A DNA stretch of 64,000 nucleotides from NCBI GenBank assembly GCA_964469505.1, contig CAYXZO010000003.1, forward strand, positions 820-64,819. Direction: 5' to 3'. A model generated the notes under the pieces. That model worked only from the letters and a program-made list of their open reading frames with translations. It ran no database searches and was not told the DNA's origin. This document shows, piece by piece, positions 1-8,731 of the stretch (positions within the stretch are counted from its first letter, which is position 1; the number at the start of each line of letters is the position of its first letter). This stretch comes from an uncultured Lentisphaeria bacterium. GTDB lineage: Bacteria > Fidelibacterota > UBA8477 > JABMPR01. Made by a program: the position numbers and the translations under genes.

Positions 1-1653
1 ATCATTATGGGCCAGGGGCGAACCTACGAAAGAAACCCAATAGGCCACATCCAGCTGTTCCGGCCCCTGGTAATTCTCCAGCACGTACAGCCCACCCCCA
101 GAGAACACTTGTTCCGCCACCTGCCCACCGACCCAGACCCGGTTCCGGCTGTCGATGGCCAGGGCGTTGGGCGCTCGGGTGGCGATTCCTTCCCCAACGG
201 AGGCCGGGATATACCATACGCTGTCTTCGGGGGTAACGATAGAAATGGCGGCATCACCGCTGCGGATGAGAGCGGAAGTAAGCCAGATATTACCGGTGGA
301 ATCCACGGCCACCGCCCGGGGTAGAGTGTATGTGTCGCTGTCGTAAGTGGGGCTCAAATAACCTCCCCTCACATCGTACATCACAGCGGTCTCCAGGGAA
401 TCCACATTCAGTCGTAACACGCCTTTCCCCTGGAGGGAAATCAGTATTTCCCCATCGGGCAGGAGCTTTAAATCCTCCGGAACCACATTCACCGGCGCCG
501 CCAGAGTGTCCAGAATCAGGCTGGACCACTTTCCCACCGGCCAGGAGTGCTGAACAGTGCGAGAGCCGGCCACGATGTTGCGCCACCCCTGAGAGCTAAG
601 GATACTGATTCCCTTACGGGACACACCCACAAACCGACCGTCGGGCAAAACGATACTTTTCAAAAAGGTATGGCTGACGGGAGCATTAGGAGCCACCAGG
701 CGCCAACCATCGGCTGAATTGTGCTTGAGGAAATAATTTTCTCCGGCAATCCATATCCCCTGAGGAGACACCTCAAACAGCGCGTAGTCGGGCAGGGCCG
801 TTTGCCCATGAAATCCAAAGTCGACAGTCGGTTCCAGGCGATAGAGGCTATCGGCTGCCAGGTAATATGCTCCATCGGCACCCTGCCGGAAAACGGCGGC
901 CCCCGCCGGGAGGGAACCAACACTTTTGAGAACGTTGAAATCGAAGACATAGAGGCTGTCATCGCTGGCCACCAGTAATCCGTTTTCATAACGGGCGATT
1001 CCCAGAAAAGTCGATTGTCCCGGAGGAGGTGTGCGGACTTGCCAGACGGAAGGATCTTTAAGGTTGCTGCCCTTCAAGGGCGCCCATACCAGGGAAGTTG
1101 GGGTTATAAACGCCAAATAGTCGCCAGTAATTATCAGCTGAAAAATCTCATCCAGTCCGGTAGCCGCCGTGGGAAAATTCTCCAGAATATCCAGGTAACG
1201 CACTTCCCCAGCTTGGGCTCTGAAGTAGAGCAAGCCTCCTTCCACACCCCGCTTAAAAACGGCAAAAAGAGAATCGCCGCTAACGGCCAGGGCCGAGATG
1301 CCATCAACCTCTAGGCGACTGACACCGGCCACGTCCTCTCCGGTGGGGCTAACTATATGGACCAATTCTCCTGGAGCACCAAACCCTACCCATAAACGGC
1401 CATAGTTATCGGTGGCCAAAGCCCAGGCGTCTGGATTGGGCAACAAATCGTTCCAGGGAGCCATAAAAACGCTGTCGGTAGTTTGCGCCACTCCCAATAC
1501 GCCACCATCGGTGGCCAGCCAGAGGGTATCCCCCAGGACCAGAAAATCACGCACCTGGGTGGGTGTCGGGATGTGTTCCCAAGTACCCACCTGTGCTGCC
1601 ACCAATAAGGGCAGTAAGCCCCCTATCAATTGCAACCACTGACGTCGTATCAT
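1..1653 (-). CDS. Secreted beta-propeller repeat protein (two-component-regulator propeller / Reg_prop-like repeats); 3' end runs off the window start
   Basis: My own minus-strand translation from the ATG at 1653-1651 gives MIRRQWLQLIGGLLPLLVAAQ (signal peptide). The first ~100 residues, with motifs of the G.LW.G / D..G.W.AT type, were translated codon by codon without a stop. The remaining ~450 codons to position 1 were read only by eye and are not verified stop-free. It is not in the ORF track because its stop lies outside the window. The ATGA start overlaps the stop of the upstream S2P gene. Confidence 0.6.
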   Translation of the reverse strand, partial: MIRRQWLQLIGGLLPLLVAAQVGTWEHIPTPTQVRDFLVLGDTLWLATDGGVLGVAQTTDSVFMAPWNDLLPNPDAWALATDNYGRLWVGFGAPGELVHIVSPTGEDVAGVSRLEVDGISALAVSGDSLFAVFKRGVEGGLLYFRAQAGEVRYLDILENFPTAATGLDEIFQLIITGDYLAFITPTSLVWAPLKGSNLKDPSVWQVRTPPPGQSTFLGIARYENGLLVASDDSLYVFDFNVLKSVGSLPAGAAVFRQGADGAYYLAADSLYRLEPTVDFGFHGQTALPDYALFEVSPQGIWIAGENYFLKHNSADGWRLVAPNAPVSHTFLKSIVLPDGRFVGVSRKGISILSSQGWRNIVAGSRTVQHSWPVGKWSSLILDTLAAPVNVVPEDLKLLPDGEILISLQGKGVLRLNVDSLETAVMYDVRGGYLSPTYDSDTYTLPRAVAVDSTGNIWLTSALIRSGDAAISIVTPEDSVWYIPASVGEGIATRAPNALAIDSRNRVWVGGQVAEQVFSGGGLYVLENYQGPEQLDVAYWVSFVGSPLAHND

Positions 1654-2540
1654 ATAGAAAAAGGTACGGGTATAAAGCTGGTTACCAACATGAACAAGGC
1701 CGCGGCTGCGATCCATTTCTCTGTGCGGCTGAAAGGCAGGAAGGCATCAAACACGGGGGGGTGCCGGGCACGGCTCAGAAGGAGTAGCAGGAAAGCCCAG
1801 ATTAACCAGCTGGAAGAAACCAGTCCCAACAGAAATAGCCCGCCGATGATGTACTTGCCCACTAGATCATGATGGCGCCCCCATACGGCGAAAGCAATGT
1901 GCCCTCCATCAAGCTGGGAAACAGGAATGAGATTCAGCGCCGTCACCAACAGTCCGATCCAGCCGGCAAAAATCAAAGGGAAATGGTAAATCTCGTTCAT
2001 GGGGACCGTGGCGGGAAAGAAACTGCTTAAAAAGCGAAACAACAACGAAGACCCCATGGACAACTGCAGGGCCGCCTCCGGGTGGGAATCAATGCCCATC
2101 AGATGATGAATATGTTCGATACGTGCATTTATCTCGGTGGCCTCGGGTAAGGTGGCATAGCCTATGATGATGGCCAGAATGCTCAGCACATAACTGGCGA
2201 TGGGCCCAGCTATGGCGATTTCCATCAATGCCCTGCGCCTCCGAATGGGTTCTTTTATGCGAATAACCGCTCCAAAAGTGCCGATGAAAGTCAGGAAAGG
2301 AGGCGCCGGGATAAAATAAGGTAAAGTAGCCGCTACCCGATGTTTACGGGACATCAGGTAATGCCCGGTTTCGTGACAGCCCAGAATGATCAACAGGGGA
2401 ATAGAAAAATTCAACCCTGCCCGGATACCGTTTGCTCCCAGCCACAGTCCCTGATAACCCTGCATAGCTGCCCCAGCCACCAGAGTGGTATAAATAGTGG
2501 CAAAGAACAATAGCAGATGAATTCGGGGTATCCGCTGCAT
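1650..2540 (-). CDS. Site-2 protease family (peptidase M50) integral membrane zinc metalloprotease
   Basis: 296 aa, multi-transmembrane. HExxH motif in a helix (ILGCHETGHYLM) plus a downstream LDGGH motif (PVSQLDGGHIAFAVWG) typical of M50/S2P. Confidence 0.8.
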   Translation of the reverse strand: MQRIPRIHLLLFFATIYTTLVAGAAMQGYQGLWLGANGIRAGLNFSIPLLIILGCHETGHYLMSRKHRVAATLPYFIPAPPFLTFIGTFGAVIRIKEPIRRRRALMEIAIAGPIASYVLSILAIIIGYATLPEATEINARIEHIHHLMGIDSHPEAALQLSMGSSLLFRFLSSFFPATVPMNEIYHFPLIFAGWIGLLVTALNLIPVSQLDGGHIAFAVWGRHHDLVGKYIIGGLFLLGLVSSSWLIWAFLLLLLSRARHPPVFDAFLPFSRTEKWIAAAALFMLVTSFIPVPFSI

Positions 2541-2542
2541 GT

Positions 2543-4792
2543 TTACTCCTCTTTTTCCGTCGGTAAAGCCCCGCGCCAGGATTCGGTTCCCGAATCGTCT
2601 TGGGGCCCAAGGGCACCGATCCAGGGTTCATAGGCCAGGCAGGGTGAATCTGGTTGGAGGAAAAACTCTTTAGACAACCGCGGATCGGCCTGGAAGTTAT
2701 TGCTTGCCGTATCCCACCAGCCGGACTGACCATTCCTCCAGAAACAATTAAAATCCAATGGCAAACCGCGTGAGGGGGTGATACGAAATAACTTCTGGTT
2801 TTTAATAAAAATATTCCGCTCAACTCCAACGGAAGTTGTCAAAGCATCCGCGAATACTAATCCGTTGCCCGCTACGGTGTTGTTATTGAACGCGAAATTC
2901 CCGGGTTGGGAAAACTGAAATAGCTCCCCGCTGCCGGCCAATATATTGTGTCGGAAAAAGACAGTTGCCGTTTGGCTTAAGCTGACCACCGGTCCCCGGA
3001 GGCGATAGAATCGATTGCCGAAAATTATCACTTTATCCGCTCTAGATAACCGGAGTGCTCTCGAGCCCCCCTGAAATCGGGAATGGCGCAGGTTCAATTG
3101 TTTGAGATCAACGCCTTCAATTCCCAGTTGCAGCTGAGTGAAATTGCAGTTATTGACTGCTACCAGTTTGTTTTCCCTCAGTTTCACTGCTAAAGGTATG
3201 GTATGAAACTGCATTTTTTCCATGGACATATTGCCTTGAACTAGCGATAGCCCAATATGTTTTACATTATTTAATATTCCACTCTGTAGGTGGAAAGTAC
3301 CGTTTTTCAGCAAAAATCCATAATCCGCCCCATAAACGGTATCCTCAACACTCTCACCTTTCTCGAAATCAGCCAATTCAACCGCAACCCTGTTGCCCTG
3401 AAAAAAGTTGTTTTTCATTGAGATAGTTCTGAGACTCCGACTCTTTAGGCCGTAGCTCCCACCTAAAAAGCGGTTAGAATCAAGATAGGCGGTTTGCGTG
3501 GTATCCACCATCAGGCTGGTGGAGTCCCCGGTGAAAACTGTACGCCAGATAAAAACCTGCCCATATTGTCTGACGTGGCCGCCTACGGCCATAGGACTGT
3601 CAATCAGCCCTTTAAACAAACGAGCCCGCTCCCCCTCTGTGAAGTAGGCTCCTCCTCCGGTGTTGTTTTTAAGCGCGGCTGCAATCAAGTCGGCACCTGC
3701 TATTCGCTTAATAGCCAGCCCCAAACCACCATTTAAAATGGCACTAAATCTACCAATCAGAACACTATCCCCTTTTTCGAACCTGAAACCATCACCGGCA
3801 TTATTTTCACTCCGAAGATTGGTTCCGGCGAAGCTGCCGAATTGATTCACCTGCAACCCGTGGGATTGGCCATCAAGAAATTGAATATGAGACATTTCTA
3901 TGCCTTTGACTTCCCGACAAAAAACACCCGCTCCGCCGTTCCGATGGAATTCCACATCCATGAGCAGCAACGAATCGCCGTCGCTAACCAGCAGTCCATT
4001 CCCTACCGTACGCTGGATACGGCTTTGTTCCAATCGGGAAATAGGCACCGACGTCAATACCACTCCATCCGCACCGATTTCATCTAGCTTCAATCCTACC
4101 AGACGTACACGCTCGACACGCCGCAGAAGTATGCCGAAAGTTTTTACGCGTTGCAGTCCCAGCTCATCCACCCATACCCCCGCAGCATTCTCAGCGACCA
4201 GGGCCGGGCCCTCGAGATCGTGAAAAGCTGCGGTTCTCAATCTCAGTTTTGATCCGCTGTTCAGCTGAATTGCCGGCCCCTGCAAGTGAGTAATTTCCAG
4301 ATCTTCCGCCCGGAGGTTCAGGCTGTCACCTTTGACCCCACCCAGGCGAAAACCTTCTATAAAGCAATCCTTGATTTCCACTATTGAACCGGGGGTAGCT
4401 TCAATGGCCCAGCGGCCACCGATGGACAAATCACAATGTTCCAGCCGCAGATAACCGCCCTCGACTCGAATCAGCGGCATGGTGTCGGTTGTTGCCCCCC
4501 GAAAAATCCAATCCCGCAGGATTACAACTCCATTGGATTTAATGATCAACGCCCCCATGGGGGCTGCGCGCCATACCGGTCTGCGCCGGGGATTGCCCTC
4601 CAAACGCAGCGTACGATCGACTACCATGGTGGTTTCAATAACAACACCCTGATAGCGATAGGCCAGAAACCACAGGGAGGGTTTGACTTGAGAAAGGCTG
4701 GAAATTTTGCGGGCCGGTTGGTGTTCCAGCCTCAGATTTGGGGCGGAACCGCAATTGAAAAGTAGGATACTGAACAAAACAGCCCCTAACAA
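2543..4792 (-). CDS. Large secreted right-handed parallel beta-helix repeat protein (pectate-lyase/NosD-like fold), function unknown
   Basis: Repetitive N/G-rich ~22-aa beta-helix repeats throughout the 843-aa ORF. The longest ORF start (5074) is impossible because it overlaps the SPOR gene and contains the tRNA-Sec. The likely start is the TTG at 4792-4790, giving M-LGAVLFSILLFNCGSAPN (signal/lipoprotein-like). The start codon is uncertain. Confidence 0.55.
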   Translation of the reverse strand: MLGAVLFSILLFNCGSAPNLRLEHQPARKISSLSQVKPSLWFLAYRYQGVVIETTMVVDRTLRLEGNPRRRPVWRAAPMGALIIKSNGVVILRDWIFRGATTDTMPLIRVEGGYLRLEHCDLSIGGRWAIEATPGSIVEIKDCFIEGFRLGGVKGDSLNLRAEDLEITHLQGPAIQLNSGSKLRLRTAAFHDLEGPALVAENAAGVWVDELGLQRVKTFGILLRRVERVRLVGLKLDEIGADGVVLTSVPISRLEQSRIQRTVGNGLLVSDGDSLLLMDVEFHRNGGAGVFCREVKGIEMSHIQFLDGQSHGLQVNQFGSFAGTNLRSENNAGDGFRFEKGDSVLIGRFSAILNGGLGLAIKRIAGADLIAAALKNNTGGGAYFTEGERARLFKGLIDSPMAVGGHVRQYGQVFIWRTVFTGDSTSLMVDTTQTAYLDSNRFLGGSYGLKSRSLRTISMKNNFFQGNRVAVELADFEKGESVEDTVYGADYGFLLKNGTFHLQSGILNNVKHIGLSLVQGNMSMEKMQFHTIPLAVKLRENKLVAVNNCNFTQLQLGIEGVDLKQLNLRHSRFQGGSRALRLSRADKVIIFGNRFYRLRGPVVSLSQTATVFFRHNILAGSGELFQFSQPGNFAFNNNTVAGNGLVFADALTTSVGVERNIFIKNQKLFRITPSRGLPLDFNCFWRNGQSGWWDTASNNFQADPRLSKEFFLQPDSPCLAYEPWIGALGPQDDSGTESWRGALPTEKEE

Positions 4793-4835
4793 CTTAAAGG
4801 GGCTGGTAAAATAAGCTGACCGATCAAAGAGTTTG

Positions 4836-4927
4836 CGGGAATGTATAGGAGTCGAACCTATCTGCCGGGTCCACACCGGCACAACAGCTTTGAAGGCTGC
4901 GGTAGCCACCGGGCTACAGACATTCCC
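4836..4927 (-). tRNA. selC: tRNA-Sec (selenocysteine tRNA), anticodon UCA
   Basis: Minus-strand read: GGGAATGT-CT-GTAGCC-CGGT-GGCTAC-C-GCAGC-CTTCAAA-GCTGT-(22-nt variable arm, GCCGG/CCGGC stem)-ATAGG-TTCGACT-CCTAT-ACATTCCC-G. The 8-bp acceptor stem and 6-bp D-stem are perfect, the D-loop is 4 nt, and the stems follow the bacterial 8/5 rule. Anticodon loop CUUCAAA and T-loop UUCGACU are identical to E. coli selC. No CCA is encoded. Confidence 0.85.
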
Positions 4928-5754
4928 TATTTCAAAGGAACGGGAAACGTGGACAATCCCAGTTCCTTTTGAAGTCTCAGACGATCCTGTTCCGCCTCCC
5001 TGCGGGTAGTATAACCGGTTATCCACACCAGGTAAAGGCGGGTCCCATGGCTGGTTCGAACTACAATTTTGCAATCCCGTCCGGTGCCCCTGATTTCCGA
5101 CAATAGAGCTTCAGCGTTATTACGTTTGCTGAAGGCCCCAGCCTGGAGGGCGTAATTCCCGTCACTCCGCTGCTCTTGTTCTACGGGTTCTCCCAGTTTG
5201 CGGGGGGCCGCTGCCGGAGCAGGGGCGGGAGCAGCCTCCGGAACCCGATCGAAAGCTTTCAACTCCTGGGGTACGTCGAATTCATAGCCTACAAATTGCC
5301 GTCGCGCCCAGGCCAAATCCACTTTACCACTGTCCAATAACCTGGCCGCGATATCAGCCCGTAACAATTGATTCATGGCGGTCTGAATGTAATCGGTGCG
5401 CCTCAGTTTTTTCAAGGCAGGTTTGAAATAGCGCCGGCACTGATGGTACAATCCCTGGGCATAATAGTACTGACCCAGAAAGTAATTTGAATAAACCGCC
5501 CAGCGAGTGCGAGGGTGATTCCGGACAATGGTTTTATAGATCCCAGCCGCCAGGGCCGCATTGCGGGTAGTACGGGCCTGGAGATACAACACCCCCGGAT
5601 GGCCGGGGTATCGGAAAGCCAGGCTATCCAGCGCCTGACGAACTTCCTTAAACCGTCCCGCCTCCAAAGCTTGCAGCAAAGGTGTCAGCTCTTGGGACAA
5701 AGCATTTGAAACCAGAGCACTGACCAGTAAACCGACTGCCAGCCACTTCCTCAC
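4927..5754 (-). CDS. SPOR-domain protein (septal peptidoglycan binding) with N-terminal signal/TM and TPR-like region
   Basis: C-terminal SPOR motif (YALQAGAFSKRNNAEALLSEI...YLVWITGYTTRREAE) and a Pro/Ala-rich linker. The probable start is the GTG at 5754, which overlaps the lapB stop as GTGA and yields MRKWLAVGLLVSALVSNALSQ. Confidence 0.7.
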   Translation of the reverse strand: MRKWLAVGLLVSALVSNALSQELTPLLQALEAGRFKEVRQALDSLAFRYPGHPGVLYLQARTTRNAALAAGIYKTIVRNHPRTRWAVYSNYFLGQYYYAQGLYHQCRRYFKPALKKLRRTDYIQTAMNQLLRADIAARLLDSGKVDLAWARRQFVGYEFDVPQELKAFDRVPEAAPAPAPAAAPRKLGEPVEQEQRSDGNYALQAGAFSKRNNAEALLSEIRGTGRDCKIVVRTSHGTRLYLVWITGYTTRREAEQDRLRLQKELGLSTFPVPLK

Positions 5755-6857
5755 TGTATCTCCAAATGACCACATTGAGGACAAATATACAACAATTGAT
5801 CGCTGGTATAACCACACGCATGACAGGTGCGGTAACGTTGCTTATCCTGCTCCTGCAGGTATTGTTCCATCTCTTTCAACATCTCTTTGGTTTTCCCTAG
5901 TCGACCATATAGTCGTAACAGAGCCAGGAGTATCAACGTGTCGGCTTTATCAGTGGGTATTTCTTCCAGTAGATTAAGAGCTTCCCGCACCTCACCCTTG
6001 CGCTCATAGTAACTGGCTAGGCCCAGCAAAACATCGGGATTATTGGGTTGCTTGCGCCGCAACCGCCGGTAAAAACGTTCCACTTCCTCGAACTCCCCCA
6101 GTTCGAAATAGAGCTTCTCTATTTCGGGGAAAATGGAGACGCCCCGCTGGGGATCAAGTTCGGCAAAAGTAGTGAGATAATCCACGGCATGGCGGAATTG
6201 CCCTTCATCCCGACTTATCAGGCCCAGGTAATAGTACGGAGCGGCACAGAGACCTAATTTAATTGCCTGCCGCAAAAGACTTTTGGCTTCGGATTGATTG
6301 CCTGCCCGAATTTGTTCCACCGCCTGATACGTTTTATATAAAGCCGGCAACTGGGGATCCAAATCGGGATTAAGCTTTTTCTCCTGTTGGAAAGCCTCCA
6401 CGGCCCCTTCCCAATCCCGCAGTGCCACTCGAGCCTCGCGTATGGCTCGCGCAGCCCATCGGTTCTTCCGATCCAGTTCCAGTATTTGAGTAGCATACTC
6501 AATAGCCTGATGATGATCACCCAATTCCTGGTAGTCTTTCACCAAACCGGTAAGCACCATTAGACGGAATGGTGGAGAGAGATCTTCATGGGTCAGCAGG
6601 TCCCGGTGGATTCCTGCGGCTCGCAGGGCATCTCCCTGTTCCCGATAGATTTCACCAATCCGCCAGAATACTTCCAGGCGGCTGGTGTCCCGGTGAGCAA
6701 TCTCCAACAACAGCTTTAATCCCCTGGAGGTGCGTCCCGCCAGTAATGCTCCCAGAGCTTCCACTTCCAAATCTTTAAGGCTACGATGGCGTTTGCGGCG
6801 GAAAAGAGAAAAACCGGGGACCCGGAATTTGGGAAAAGAGAAAAACTTGCGACTCAT
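5751..6857 (-). CDS. lapB: Lipopolysaccharide assembly protein B (TPR repeats plus C-terminal rubredoxin-like zinc ribbon)
   Basis: TPR repeats throughout. C-terminus CHACGYTSDQLLYICPQCGH is a Cx2C...Cx2C ribbon, characteristic of LapB/YciM. Confidence 0.7.
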   Translation of the reverse strand: MSRKFFSFPKFRVPGFSLFRRKRHRSLKDLEVEALGALLAGRTSRGLKLLLEIAHRDTSRLEVFWRIGEIYREQGDALRAAGIHRDLLTHEDLSPPFRLMVLTGLVKDYQELGDHHQAIEYATQILELDRKNRWAARAIREARVALRDWEGAVEAFQQEKKLNPDLDPQLPALYKTYQAVEQIRAGNQSEAKSLLRQAIKLGLCAAPYYYLGLISRDEGQFRHAVDYLTTFAELDPQRGVSIFPEIEKLYFELGEFEEVERFYRRLRRKQPNNPDVLLGLASYYERKGEVREALNLLEEIPTDKADTLILLALLRLYGRLGKTKEMLKEMEQYLQEQDKQRYRTCHACGYTSDQLLYICPQCGHLEIQ

Positions 6858-7204
6858 GAAGACTTATCGGCTTCCGTTTCGGTAGTTGAACTTTTCTGGT
6901 TACTCACGGTAATGGGTGGGTTATCCAACACTGCCGTGCGCCGCTGCTCCAGCTCGGTTTTAACTTTGCGGTATTCTTTCTCAAGCAATTTGAGGGCCTT
7001 TCGCAACCGCATGTTCTGGGTGACCGTAACAGCGAATCCCAGTAAAACTCCTACTGCGACACATCCCAGAATGATGGTATAAAGGGGCAAATTCGGATAA
7101 GTGAGCCCAAAGAACTTCAGGGTGACCGGAACGCTGTTTTGGGTCAATAACCAGACGGCAATAATGGTCAAAAAAATGCTGAAAAAGATCTTTACTTCAC
7201 GCAT
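6854..7204 (-). CDS. lapA: LapA-like small inner-membrane protein (DUF1049 family)
   Basis: 116 aa with two TM helices then a coiled-coil/charged tail (LEKEYRKVKTELEQRR). Lies immediately upstream of lapB, overlapping by 4 nt, as in the lapAB operon. Confidence 0.55.
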   Translation of the reverse strand: MREVKIFFSIFLTIIAVWLLTQNSVPVTLKFFGLTYPNLPLYTIILGCVAVGVLLGFAVTVTQNMRLRKALKLLEKEYRKVKTELEQRRTAVLDNPPITVSNQKSSTTETEADKSS

Positions 7205-7265
7205 GATTAGAATCCTTCAAAAAATGGGGCTCAGATAGTAATTATCCAACGGAGATGAATCTTTT

Positions 7266-8603
7266 TTAACTGGCAGCTGCAGTGGCAGTCGGAATGAGCT
7301 CTCCAAAAAGAGAAACCCCCGCAGCGCCAGTTATTTTAACCCAACGGAACTGACCTGGTTGGGCATCTTCAGCCGCAAAAATTACCAGTTTATTATTGCG
7401 GGTTCGCCCCTGCAATTGTTCTTCCGATTTCCGGGAGGCCTTTTCCACCAGCACCTCTACGGTGCGTCCAACCCATTGCAGGTTACGCTCGAGAGTGTGT
7501 TTTTTCTGCAATTGAATTAGTCGTTCCAGGCGTTCCTGCTTCACTTCTTCCGGTACCTGATCGGGGAAACGCGCCGCTTTGGTTCCCGGCCGCGGTGAAT
7601 ATTTGAAAGTAAAGGCCGAATCGAATTTGACCTGTTCCATAATATCCAGCGTTTCCTCGAAATCAGCCTCAGTCTCACCGGGGAACCCGACAATCAGATC
7701 GGTAGACAGGGCCAGATCTGGGATACGTTCCCGCATTTCCAGAGCTAATTCCAGATAGTGCTCCCGAGTATAAGTGCGATTCATACGCTCCAGGACGCGA
7801 TTGCTGCCGGCTTGCAAAGGGAAATGAATATGGTTGCACAACTTCGGTTCCCGGGCGTGTAGTTCAATTAATTCTCGGGAGAAATCCTGGGGGTGAGGTG
7901 ATGTATAACGAATACGTTTCAAGCCATCGATTTGAGCCACTAATTCCAGCAGCCCTTTGAAGTCGGTACCGTCGTATCGATAAGAATTCACATTCTGGCC
8001 TAGGAGAGTGATTTCCTGGAATCCCTCCGCCAAGGCGTTTTCGATTTCAGCAATAATACTTTGAGGAGCCCGGCTTCTTTCTCGCCCACGGACATAGGGC
8101 ACAATACAGAAAGTACAGAATTTGTCGCAGCCCCGCATGATGGAAATCCAGGCGGAGACACCTTCCCGTCTGGCCGGGAACATTCCTTCGTACACTTCCA
8201 TGCGGCTCAGGCGGGTATCCAAAACGGGAGCGTCGGGGCGATGCTCTTTATGTTCCAGCAACTGGGGTAACCGCCGGTAGGCATCCGGTCCCAGAACGAA
8301 ATCAACGTAGGGCTTGGAAGCCAATAACTGATTCTTCAGGGTTTGGGCCATGCATCCCAATACTCCCAGAACCTTGCGCGGGTCTTTTTCTTTGTGGCGC
8401 TGTAAAACACCTAAACGGGCGTAGATCTTCTCATGGGCGTGTTCACGCACCGAACAGGTATTCAGGAAGATGACATCCGCCTCCTCGGGTGAGGTAGCCC
8501 GCTCATAAGCGGATTTTTCCAGAATACCGGCCACCAGCTCAGAATCGTACACGTTCATCTGGCAGCCGTAAGTTTCGATGTAATATTTCTTTTTTGTTCT
8601 CAC
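7266..8603 (-). CDS. miaB: tRNA-i6A37 methylthiotransferase MiaB (radical SAM)
   Basis: N-terminal CQMN...C...C cluster (YGCQMNVYDSE, NTCSVRE), radical-SAM CDKFCTFCIVP, and a C-terminal TRAM domain. 445 aa. Confidence 0.9.
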   Translation of the reverse strand: MRTKKKYYIETYGCQMNVYDSELVAGILEKSAYERATSPEEADVIFLNTCSVREHAHEKIYARLGVLQRHKEKDPRKVLGVLGCMAQTLKNQLLASKPYVDFVLGPDAYRRLPQLLEHKEHRPDAPVLDTRLSRMEVYEGMFPARREGVSAWISIMRGCDKFCTFCIVPYVRGRERSRAPQSIIAEIENALAEGFQEITLLGQNVNSYRYDGTDFKGLLELVAQIDGLKRIRYTSPHPQDFSRELIELHAREPKLCNHIHFPLQAGSNRVLERMNRTYTREHYLELALEMRERIPDLALSTDLIVGFPGETEADFEETLDIMEQVKFDSAFTFKYSPRPGTKAARFPDQVPEEVKQERLERLIQLQKKHTLERNLQWVGRTVEVLVEKASRKSEEQLQGRTRNNKLVIFAAEDAQPGQFRWVKITGAAGVSLFGELIPTATAAAS

Positions 8604-8731
8604 TTCCGCTCCTGCTTTACTGCCTTCACAGGCCGCAGAATATATCGGCAGCCCTATCTCACTCCAAGAATAAGATAACTTCCTCCCGAGTGGTCAGTCG
8701 GGTAATTAAAACCGGCAATGCGGCGGTTAAG

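Noticed and set aside
5-1642. Numerous 60-110 aa ORFs on both strands (7..324+, 330..599+, 660..989-, 1015..1314+, and others)
   Set aside because: They are shadow or out-of-frame ORFs of the minus-strand beta-propeller gene (1..1653) that runs off the window. They are GC-rich, compositionally biased (Arg/Pro/Gly) and show no motifs.
2344-2829. 161-aa minus-strand ORF spanning the S2P / beta-helix junction
   Set aside because: It overlaps two well-supported genes out of frame and has no motifs.
4836-4927. Alternative reading of the tRNA as class II tRNA-Leu (anticodon CAA) or tRNA-Ser
   Set aside because: Only the UCA register gives a 5-bp anticodon stem with a C32-U33...A37 loop. The 8-bp acceptor, 6-bp D-stem with 4-nt loop and the selC-identical loops are specific to tRNA-Sec.
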